Origin: an uncultured Chloroflexota bacterium
GTDB taxonomy: Bacteria; Chloroflexota; Chloroflexia; Chloroflexales; Roseiflexaceae
Direction of reading: 5' to 3'
Length of the DNA stretch: 44,358 nt
Assembly: GCA_937859575.1 (NCBI GenBank)
Contig: CALLZL010000290.1
Span: forward strand, 1-44,358
Part shown: piece by piece, positions 10,035 through 17,097 of the stretch
Layout: every line of letters starts with the position of its first letter
Position numbering within the stretch: the first letter of the stretch is position 1
The notes under the pieces: model-generated
Told to the model about the DNA's origin: nothing
The model's input: the letters and a program-made list of their open reading frames with translations, nothing else
Databases searched by the model: none
Made by a program: the position numbers and the translations under genes

Positions 10035-10277
10035 ATGAAGCTGCTAGTTTTCGTGATGGAAGACGGTGTCGCCGAAGGGACGGTCAATTCGCTTGTGGAG
10101 CGTGGTTTTCGCGTGACGCAACTCGCATCGACCGGCGGATTCTTGCGCAAAGGCAACACAACGTTGCTGGTTGGCGTTGAGGATGCCGATGTCGATCGCG
10201 CGACCGAGATTGTACGCAAAGCGGCGCCGGGTGCACTGGCGATCACGCTCGATCTGGAGCGGTACGAGCGCGTGTGA
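10035..10277 (+). CDS. Short PII-like protein of the DarA/PstA (YaaQ, DUF970) family lacking the long internal loop
   Basis: MKLLVFVMEDGVAEGTVNSLVERGFRVTQLASTGGFLRKGNTTLLVGVED aligns residue-for-residue with the full-length paralog at 26096-26437 and with my recollection of B. subtilis YaaQ. GAAGGAA RBS. Stop TGA overlaps the GTG of the next gene (GTGA). The ORF-track start at 9954 adds a non-homologous leader. Confidence 0.75.
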   Translation: MKLLVFVMEDGVAEGTVNSLVERGFRVTQLASTGGFLRKGNTTLLVGVEDADVDRATEIVRKAAPGALAITLDLERYERV

Positions 10278-11449
10278 AGATCTTGTATGTCGCCTGTGGT
10301 ATTCCGGTTCCTGGAACCCTTGGCGGCTCAACCCATACCCTCGAAGTTGCTCGTGGCCTGGCCTCCCGTGGCCACATTCTGCACGTTGTTGCCGCCTCAG
10401 GCTCCGGCCGGGGCGGCATTTCTGCACTCTTTCGCCCCGAGACCGTACCATTTGAACAGTTTACGCTACACTGGATCGATCTGCCAAAGGCTCTTTCGTT
10501 TGCTGCTGATCGGGTGATTGCCCGGCTTGCTGCCGCTATACGCCCCGATCTGATCATGGAGCGGTACTACAACTTTGCCGGGGGTGGGTTGCGTGCCGCC
10601 CGCCGGCTTGGTGTACCAACGGTGCTTGAAGTCAATGCTCTGGTGATCGACCCGCCCACAGTGCCAAAACGCCGCATCGATGATGCACTTGGTGGGCCGA
10701 TGCGCCGCCTGGCGCTGGCCCAATGCCAGGCGGCCGATCGGATCGTTACCCCACTACATACCACGATCCCGGCCGAGATTGATCGTGCCAGGATCATCGA
10801 ACTGCCATGGGGTGCGGCAGTTGAACGCTTCTCGCCGCGGGCAGATCGCCCGGCAAACCTCATCCCACAACTTGTCTTTCTTGGCTCGTTTCGCGCATGG
10901 CATGGGGTGCTCGATGTCGTGCGCGCCTGTGGCATCCTGCTCGATGCCGGGCGTTCGCTGCACTGCCGACTGATCGGCGATGGGCCGGAACGAGCAGCAG
11001 CCGAGCAACTGGCAGCCCGCTGGCCGCAACACTTCACCTTTACCGGGGCGGTAGCCTACGAGCATGTGCCGGCACTTCTGGCGAGTGCCGATATCGGAGT
11101 AGCACCCTTCAATACGGCACCGCACCCGGCCTTGCGTGCCGCCGGCTTCTTCTGGTCGCCACTCAAAGTGTATGAATATATGGCAGCCGGCTTGCCGGTT
11201 GTCACTGCCGATCTTGCGCCGCTCAACCGGGTGATCCGCGATGGCCACGAGGGAGTACTCTTTCGCGAGGGGGATGTCGCAAGCCTGGCTCATGCGATCA
11301 ACCGCTTGCTTGATGATCCGACAGGTGCTGCGGCAATGGGGCGCAACGGCCGGGCACGGGTTGCCGAGCACTTTTCGTGGGCACGCCACTGCGAAGAACT
11401 GGAACGAATCATGCACGGCCTGTGTGCTGCAATACCGGAGGCGACATGA
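10274..11449 (+). CDS. GT4-family glycosyltransferase
   Basis: MKILYVACGIPVPGTLGGSTHTLEVARGLASRGH (GT4 N-terminal domain) and SPLKVYEYMAAGLPVVTAD (C-terminal nucleotide-sugar domain). GTG start overlaps the preceding stop. Confidence 0.85.
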   Translation: MKILYVACGIPVPGTLGGSTHTLEVARGLASRGHILHVVAASGSGRGGISALFRPETVPFEQFTLHWIDLPKALSFAADRVIARLAAAIRPDLIMERYYNFAGGGLRAARRLGVPTVLEVNALVIDPPTVPKRRIDDALGGPMRRLALAQCQAADRIVTPLHTTIPAEIDRARIIELPWGAAVERFSPRADRPANLIPQLVFLGSFRAWHGVLDVVRACGILLDAGRSLHCRLIGDGPERAAAEQLAARWPQHFTFTGAVAYEHVPALLASADIGVAPFNTAPHPALRAAGFFWSPLKVYEYMAAGLPVVTADLAPLNRVIRDGHEGVLFREGDVASLAHAINRLLDDPTGAAAMGRNGRARVAEHFSWARHCEELERIMHGLCAAIPEAT

Positions 11450-12726
11450 CCCGGCCGCTGACGGTACTGTTGCCGACGGATGCGTTTCCGCCGCGCTGTG
11501 GTGGTGCCGGCTGGAGTGCCCATGCACTTGCGGCTGCCCTGATCGCCAGTGGTCGGCAGGCGCTTGCGCTTGTGCCGCAACGCGGCCGTGGGATCCGGGG
11601 TGAGCCGACACTGGGGGTGCCTGCGATACGCATCGGCTATCGTGAATGGCCGCTGCCGTTCCTGCGAAACTATTCGCGTCACGAACGGTTCTGGCCGCAG
11701 TTCGCCGCAGTGATCGAGCAGGCTGCCCATGAATATAGCGGCCCGCTTGTCATCCATGCCCAGCATGTGCAGGCGGCACCGGCTGCAGTTATCGCCGGCC
11801 GCCGCCTGGGTGTACCGGTAGTTATTACCGTACGCGATCACTGGCCGTGGGATTACTTCGCCACCGGCTTGCATGGCGACCGAGTGCCGTACCCGCGCCA
11901 GACATGGGCTTCGCTGGCGGTGGATCTTACCGCCCGGCTCGGGCCGCTGCGCGGTGCGGCGGCACTGCCGGCCATCGGCTATCTGCGGGCGCACCCGGCC
12001 CGGCGGCAGGGATACCTGCGAGCCGCCGATGCGGTTGTGGCCGTCAGTGGCTATATTGCCGAGCGTCTGGCCACAATTGTGTCGCCGGCGAAGATCCATC
12101 GCATTCCCAACCTGGTCGATCTTGCCATGGTTGATGAAACGATCGCCAGGGCACCACAAGCTATCGACCAACAACCATTTCTGTTGTTTGTCGGCAAACT
12201 GGAACGCAACAAAGGGGCACATCTGCTGGTCGATATCTTCGGCGAACTGCGTCGTTTGGTTGGCGAGGCAGTTCGCCTGCCGCCGTTACTGATCGCCGGC
12301 GATGGTGTGCTGCGCAACGAGATCGCCCATGGCATGGCGCGGGTTGGCGTATCGGTGCGCTTCCTCGACTGGGTGGCGCACGATGAGATTTTGCGCCTGA
12401 GTGCGCGCTGTATGCTCTTCCTTTATCCATCGGCATGGGGCGAACCGCTCAGCCGCACACTGATCGAAGCAAGTGCCTGTGGTGCGCCGGTGATAGCCAT
12501 GCCGACCGGCGGCACTGGTGATATTCTCAGCAATGGAGTGAATGGGGTGCTGGCACCAACAACCGCACACTTTGCCCGCCAGATAGTACATCTGCTGGCA
12601 CATCCGGACGAACGGCATGCGCTTGGCCGTGCCGCACGCCGTAATGCCGAACAGCAGTTTGCCGCCGGTGTGGTGGTGCCGCAGTTTATACAACTCTATC
12701 GTTCGCTGCTCGGTATGCCGGGGTGA
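11446..12726 (+). CDS. GT4-family glycosyltransferase
   Basis: ATG 11446 overlaps stop 11447-11449 of the preceding gene (ATGA). PPRCGGAGWSAHALAAAL and GEPLSRTLIEASACGAPVIAMPTGGTGDIL are typical of GT4. Confidence 0.85.
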   Translation: MTRPLTVLLPTDAFPPRCGGAGWSAHALAAALIASGRQALALVPQRGRGIRGEPTLGVPAIRIGYREWPLPFLRNYSRHERFWPQFAAVIEQAAHEYSGPLVIHAQHVQAAPAAVIAGRRLGVPVVITVRDHWPWDYFATGLHGDRVPYPRQTWASLAVDLTARLGPLRGAAALPAIGYLRAHPARRQGYLRAADAVVAVSGYIAERLATIVSPAKIHRIPNLVDLAMVDETIARAPQAIDQQPFLLFVGKLERNKGAHLLVDIFGELRRLVGEAVRLPPLLIAGDGVLRNEIAHGMARVGVSVRFLDWVAHDEILRLSARCMLFLYPSAWGEPLSRTLIEASACGAPVIAMPTGGTGDILSNGVNGVLAPTTAHFARQIVHLLAHPDERHALGRAARRNAEQQFAAGVVVPQFIQLYRSLLGMPG

Positions 12727-12754
12727 AGTAAGTATAATGAAGCCAATATAGAAT

Positions 12755-12906
12755 TTGTTCTCTTGTTCTCTCGTTCTCTTGTTCTCTTGTTCTCTTGTTC
12801 TCTTGTTCTCTTGTTCTCTTGTTCTCTTGTTCTTTTGTTCTTTTGTTCTCTTGTTCTTTTGTTCTTTTGTTCTTTTGTTCTCTTGTTCTCTTGTTCTCTT
12901 GTTCTC
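12755..12906 (+). repeat. Tandem 8-bp repeat array, 19 units (TTGTTCTC x13, TTGTTCTT x5, TCGTTCTC x1)
   Basis: Counted unit by unit from the sequence. It sits between the GT4 stop (12726) and the rlmN ATG (12934). A TATAAT lies at 12733-12738 just upstream. Confidence 0.95.
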
Positions 12907-12933
12907 CCCACACCTACAGGCAGGCAGATTCTC

Positions 12934-14088
12934 ATGAACACCGACAGACCTGATCTCTACAACATGACCCTGGCCGAGCTTGAGGCACTGATGCAGCGGT
13001 GGGGCGAGCCGGCCTACCGGGCACGGCAGATCTACCGCCAGTTGTATGCCAATCTAGCAGGCGATCCAGCAGCCATGACCGACCTGCCGAAACGGCTGCG
13101 TGAGCGGCTAGCCGGCGAGGCGCGGATCGGTACGCTGACATTGACACGCGATCTGAGCGCCGACAGCGGGCTGACGCGTAAGGCGCTGTTTGCGCTTCCT
13201 GGCGGCGAAGTACTCGAAAGTGTCCTCATGATCTACCCCGACCGGGCGACGGTCTGTGTCTCGACGCAATCAGGCTGTGCGATGGGGTGTGTCTTCTGTG
13301 CCACCGGGCGGCTAGGGCTGTTGCGCAACCTGACGAGCGGCACAATCATCGAGCAGGTGATCTGGGCGGCGCGTGAAGTGCAGGCACTCGGCACCAATGA
13401 GCCGGTGGCGGATGTGCGTGATGATCGCTGGTGGGCAACCGAAGAGGAAGCGTCGCCAACCGGAAAGCTGCCAGGCCGATTGACGAATGTGGTCTTCATG
13501 GGCATGGGTGAGCCATTTGCCAACTATGATCGCTGGTGGCGGGCGGTCGAGCAGTTGCACGATCCGGCCGGGCTGAATATGGGAGCACGCAACCTGACGG
13601 TTTCGACGGTCGGGTTGGTACCGGGGATCGAGCGACTAGCCGGAGAAGCATTACCGATCAACCTGGCGATCTCGTTGCATGCCCCCGACGACGAACTGCG
13701 CAGCGAGATGATGCCGGTGAACCGGCGATACCCGATCGCCGTGCTGCTTGATGCGACGCGCCGTTATACCGAACAGAGCGGTCGGCGCGTATCGTTCGAG
13801 TATGTCTTGTTGCAGGGGAGGAACGACACCCCCGCGCATGCCGAAGCGCTGGCGACACTCTTACGCGGCATGCTCTGCCATGTCAACCTTATTCCATGGA
13901 ATCCGGTGCCTGGAATGCCGCTTGGTCGTTCGGAGCGGCGGCGGGTGCTGGAATTCCAAGCGATCCTGCGCGAGCGATCGGTGCCGTGTACGGTACGCGT
14001 CGAGCGTGGGGTCGCGATCGCAGCGGCATGCGGCCAATTAGCCGGTACCCCGCAACCTTTACCACTGGTCGAACGTTCTATAGAGTGA
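12934..14088 (+). CDS. rlmN: 23S rRNA/tRNA (adenine-C2)-methyltransferase RlmN (radical SAM)
   Basis: [38 protein letters not shown] is the canonical RlmN N-terminus. Radical-SAM [11 protein letters not shown]. Later conserved Cys in AACGQL. Confidence 0.93.
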   Translation: MNTDRPDLYNMTLAELEALMQRWGEPAYRARQIYRQLYANLAGDPAAMTDLPKRLRERLAGEARIGTLTLTRDLSADSGLTRKALFALPGGEVLESVLMIYPDRATVCVSTQSGCAMGCVFCATGRLGLLRNLTSGTIIEQVIWAAREVQALGTNEPVADVRDDRWWATEEEASPTGKLPGRLTNVVFMGMGEPFANYDRWWRAVEQLHDPAGLNMGARNLTVSTVGLVPGIERLAGEALPINLAISLHAPDDELRSEMMPVNRRYPIAVLLDATRRYTEQSGRRVSFEYVLLQGRNDTPAHAEALATLLRGMLCHVNLIPWNPVPGMPLGRSERRRVLEFQAILRERSVPCTVRVERGVAIAAACGQLAGTPQPLPLVERSIE

Positions 14089-14098
14089 GAGAGAGATT

Positions 14099-14128
14099 CC
14101 TATTACTTCTAACTATAGAAGGCATAGG
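14099..14128 (+). other. AT-rich imperfect hairpin just after rlmN
   Basis: CCTAT-ta-CTTCTA acta TAGAAG-gc-ATAGG (5 bp + 2x2 internal loop + 6 bp). No following T-tract, so terminator function is uncertain. Confidence 0.3.
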
Positions 14129-14206
14129 GGTTATGAGAGCGTTGCTACACCGTGGCTGTCGATCTGCCATAAGGATGTGCGGCCACCACACACTAAGGGA
14201 AGAGAT

Positions 14207-14545
14207 ATGCAGCGTAACGGGGTTGTTTCGCTTGTGATCGGTATTGTGCGGCGGGTGATCGGAGTGATCCTCCTGATCATCGGCCTGCTTGGATTGTTGC
14301 TACCCATCCTGCCGGGCTGGTTTTTTATTATCCCCGCGATTGTGCTGCTTGGGCGGCGCGACCCAATGTTACGGCGTCTCCACCTGGTGGTGCGCTGGTT
14401 TCTACGCCAGATGCGGCGTGTGCGACATCCTCAACTGCGCAACTTCGGTATTCGCCTCTGCAGCGAGTATGTGCGAGCGCGGCGCGTGATTGTGCCGGCG
14501 CTTGCCGCAACCGAACGTGCCCTGGCGCGTGTTCTGATCTGGTAG
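14207..14545 (+). CDS. Small two-helix membrane protein (PGPGW-like motif)
   Basis: MQRNGVVSLVIGIVRRVIGVILLIIGLLGLLLPILPGWFFIIPAIVLLG followed by an Arg-rich tail. AAGGGAAGAG precedes ATG 14207. Confidence 0.6.
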   Translation: MQRNGVVSLVIGIVRRVIGVILLIIGLLGLLLPILPGWFFIIPAIVLLGRRDPMLRRLHLVVRWFLRQMRRVRHPQLRNFGIRLCSEYVRARRVIVPALAATERALARVLIW

Positions 14546-14551
14546 GTTCTT

Positions 14552-14596
14552 CGCACGACAAGGGTGCCGGCCTCAGGCCGGCGTCTTTGTTGTGCG
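14552..14596 (+). terminator. Long hairpin (21 bp including 4 G-U pairs), probable terminator of the preceding gene
   Basis: CGCACGACAAGGGTGCCGGCC tca GGCCGGCGTCTTTGTTGTGCG. GC-rich core GCCGGCC/GGCCGGC followed by the T-rich GTCTTTGTTGTG. G-U pairs exist only on the plus-strand RNA. Confidence 0.45.
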
Positions 14597-14635
14597 AAAG
14601 GGCATGTATCGGGCGCAGTGGTGTATGCCTGAGCA

Positions 14636-14644
14636 TGGTATGAT
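14636..14644 (+). promoter_or_regulatory. Extended -10 promoter candidate upstream of hisS
   Basis: TGgTATGAT, about 34 nt before ATG 14678. Confidence 0.35.
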
Positions 14645-14677
14645 GATGCAGCAGGAGCAACGCTGACGGGAATCACT

Positions 14678-15991
14678 ATGAACAATAAACCACAAAATGT
14701 CAAAGGAATGCGCGATCATCTACCGGCGGCGATGATTGTGCGGCAGCATATTATCGAGACGATGCGGCGGGTGTTTGAACGCTATGGTTTTGAACCACTC
14801 CAGACGTCGATCGTCGAGCATTCTGAAACTCTCGACGGCAAGATCGGCGACGACGAAAAGCTGATCTATCGTTTCGAAACCGAGGGTGGCCGGTGGCTGG
14901 CGCTGCGGTATGATCAGACGGTACCGCTGGCACGGGTTGTGGCGCAGTATCAGGGGCAGTTGATCTTCCCCTGGCGGCGCTATGCGATCGGCCCGTCGTA
15001 TCGTGGCGAACGCCCGGCGCGTGGCCGTTATCGCGAACTCTGGCAGGCGGATGTCGATATTGTCGGCTCACGCTCACCGGTGGCCGATGCCGAGATCATT
15101 GCACTCCTGACGGATGTACTCAGCGAACTAGGTTTTACCGGTTTCACGACGCTGATCAACCACCGTCAGATCATTGGCGGGATCGCGCGGGTGGCCGGGC
15201 TTGACGATGCAAGTGCCGGCGGGGTCTATCGGGCGATCGATAAATACGACAAGATCGGTGCCGATGGCGTACGCGAAGAGTTGTTGCGCGGTGGGGTTGC
15301 GGCCGAGGCGGCCGAGCGTATTCTGGCATTAGTGACACTCAAAGGGCCACCCGAAGCGGTGCTGGGCGAACTGAGCGAACGACTCATGGGGGATGACCGC
15401 GCCCAGGCAGCGCTGGTGAATCTGCGTGAAATCATCGGTTCGGTGCAGGCAATGGGCGTTGATCCGGCACGGTATACAATCGCCCCGCAACTCGCCCGTG
15501 GGCTTTCGTACTATACCGGTGCCGTCTTCGAAGCAGTGGTTGAAACACCGCCGATGGGGTCGCTGCTTGGCGGTGGCCGCTACGATGAGCTTATCGGCCT
15601 GTTTGCCGGCAGATCGATCCCGACTGTCGGGCTTGCCTTTGGCATCGAACGGCTGCACGACATCATCACGGAGCTTGGTATCGGCCCGGCACAGCGTGCC
15701 ATCGCCGATCTATTTATGACACTCTTCAACCCCGATCTCGCCGATGCAAGCCTGGGTTTGGCCAACGAGCTTCGTGCGGCCGGGCTGCGGGTCGAGATAG
15801 CCCTTGACGCACGCGAAAAGCTGGCAAAGCAGTTCCAGTATGCCGATCGCCGTGCGATTCCATTTGCGGCCGTACTCGGGCCGGATGAGCTTGAACAGGG
15901 CTATGTGGTGTTGAAGGATCTCCGTTCCGGCGAACAGCAACGCCTGCCGCGCGCTGCACTTGCCGATACTGTGCGCGCTACGCTTGCGTAA
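14678..15991 (+). CDS. hisS: Histidine--tRNA ligase
   Basis: GMRDHLP, class II motifs (YDQTVPLARV, RYRELWQADVDIVG, GGGRYDEL) and a C-terminal anticodon-binding domain (FQYADRRAIPFAAVLGPDE). Confidence 0.93.
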   Translation: MNNKPQNVKGMRDHLPAAMIVRQHIIETMRRVFERYGFEPLQTSIVEHSETLDGKIGDDEKLIYRFETEGGRWLALRYDQTVPLARVVAQYQGQLIFPWRRYAIGPSYRGERPARGRYRELWQADVDIVGSRSPVADAEIIALLTDVLSELGFTGFTTLINHRQIIGGIARVAGLDDASAGGVYRAIDKYDKIGADGVREELLRGGVAAEAAERILALVTLKGPPEAVLGELSERLMGDDRAQAALVNLREIIGSVQAMGVDPARYTIAPQLARGLSYYTGAVFEAVVETPPMGSLLGGGRYDELIGLFAGRSIPTVGLAFGIERLHDIITELGIGPAQRAIADLFMTLFNPDLADASLGLANELRAAGLRVEIALDAREKLAKQFQYADRRAIPFAAVLGPDELEQGYVVLKDLRSGEQQRLPRAALADTVRATLA

Positions 15992-16013
15992 TGTGCCGCT
16001 CAGGAGCAACTCA

Positions 16014-16652
16014 ATGAGTGAACCACTGCTTGAACAGCGGATCGATACCTTCCTGGAGCAACTGGCAAGTAGTGCACCGACCCCGGGTGGCGGTAGTGTG
16101 GCCGCCATCACCGGGGCCATGGCTGCCGGCCTGCTCACGATGGTATGTGATCTGACGATCGGCAAGAAACAGTATGCCGAGTTCGAGGAAGAAGCTATCC
16201 GCCTGCGCGAACGCGCCGAAGCACTGCGTGGCGAGTTGCAGCTCCTTGCCCAGGCTGATGTTGATGCTTTTGGCCGGCTTTCGGCAGCTTACAGGCTACC
16301 GCGTGCCACCGATGCCGATGCGGCGGCACGCCGGGCAGCAATTCAGGCCGCGCTGCGCCATGCGACCGACATACCGTTTCGCACAGCGCGCGCCGCTGCA
16401 GGGCTCTTGCCGCTCTGTGATCCGCTTGCCCGGGCCGGCAACCGCCTCGCGGTAAGTGATGTCGGCGCGGCGGTCTTGTTGATTGAAGCAACAGTACCAG
16501 CGGCCCTGCTGAATGTCGAGATCAATCTGCCAATGCTTGAAGACCAACTGTTTGTGCGCGAGATGCGTATCGCCAGTGACGTTCTCACCGGCGGGCTTAC
16601 CGAAGCGGCGCAGCGCGCCATGGCACTGGTGCGTAGCCGTATGGCAAGCTAG
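16014..16652 (+). CDS. Cyclodeaminase/cyclohydrolase family protein (FTCD C-terminal-like)
   Basis: FLEQLASSAPTPGGGSVAAITGAMAAGLLTMV is the family signature. CAGGAGC RBS before ATG 16014. The ORF-track start at 15960 lies inside hisS. Confidence 0.8.
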   Translation: MSEPLLEQRIDTFLEQLASSAPTPGGGSVAAITGAMAAGLLTMVCDLTIGKKQYAEFEEEAIRLRERAEALRGELQLLAQADVDAFGRLSAAYRLPRATDADAAARRAAIQAALRHATDIPFRTARAAAGLLPLCDPLARAGNRLAVSDVGAAVLLIEATVPAALLNVEINLPMLEDQLFVREMRIASDVLTGGLTEAAQRAMALVRSRMAS

Positions 16653-16896
16653 CTACCGCAGCGTGGCCTGGTGCGGGCCGATGCCAGCCATGGAACGGCA
16701 GCATCTACAGCCATGGCCACGAGCCGGATCGATCCGTTCGCTACCCCCCGCCACAACACCCAGAACTCGTATGTCGCCCTGAGCGCAGGCGTCAGCCGCA
16801 GCGCAGGGTCGCTGTACGGCACGAGATGAACCCCACCTGCTCCGCCAAAGCCATGCTGCGCACCACACCTACAGCTAAGTGTAAATCATCCACATC

Positions 16897-16946
16897 CTGG
16901 GAGCGCGGGTGTCTCGCCTGCATGTGCGCAAGATGTGCGCGCTCGC
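16897..16946. repeat. Dispersed REP-like double-hairpin element, copy B (inverted relative to copy A)
   Basis: Plus strand GCGGGTG-TCT-CGCCTGC AT GTGCGCA-AGA-TGTGCGC (16905-16940). This equals the reverse complement of 6199-6234 with five C-to-T differences. Confidence 0.75.
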
Positions 16947-17021
16947 AATGATTAATCGTTTTGCACCTGGCTATAAACCACCACGAGAACACATACGCCC
17001 CGGTAGCGCAGCGAAAGTGAT

Positions 17022-17050
17022 TTGACGCGATAGAACGGCATGCGTACAAT
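17022..17050 (+). promoter_or_regulatory. Sigma70-like promoter candidate upstream of alaS
   Basis: TTGACG (17022-17027), 17-nt spacer, TACAAT (17045-17050); 47 nt before ATG 17098. Confidence 0.55.
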
Positions 17051-17097
17051 GAGTGCGTATTCTGCATTATTTTGCGCTGTTTATAAGGTTTACCTGC

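Noticed and set aside
12755-12906. CRISPR-like interpretation of the short repeat arrays (also 37005-37188)
   Set aside because: Units are 8 bp and directly abutting with no spacers, and there are no cas genes in the window. These are microsatellite-type tandem repeats, not CRISPR.
12763-12933. N-terminal extension of the rlmN ORF through the octamer array ([18 protein letters not shown]...)
   Set aside because: The 8-nt periodicity simply cycles through all frames. The canonical RlmN N-terminus begins at ATG 12934, and the extension is low-complexity with no homology expectation.
12686-12941. Minus-strand ORFs encoding [11 protein letters not shown]... repeats (12686..12913, 12696..12941) and plus-strand ORF 12755..12937
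   Set aside because: They are artefacts of translating the tandem octamer array. Three overlapping frames all stay open only because the unit lacks stop codons.
14546-14677. T-box riboswitch leaders upstream of hisS (and 16653-17097 upstream of alaS)
   Set aside because: I could not find the conserved T-box sequence, a specifier-loop arrangement or a terminator/antiterminator pair. The alaS spacer is better explained by the REP-like element plus a TTGACG-17-TACAAT promoter.
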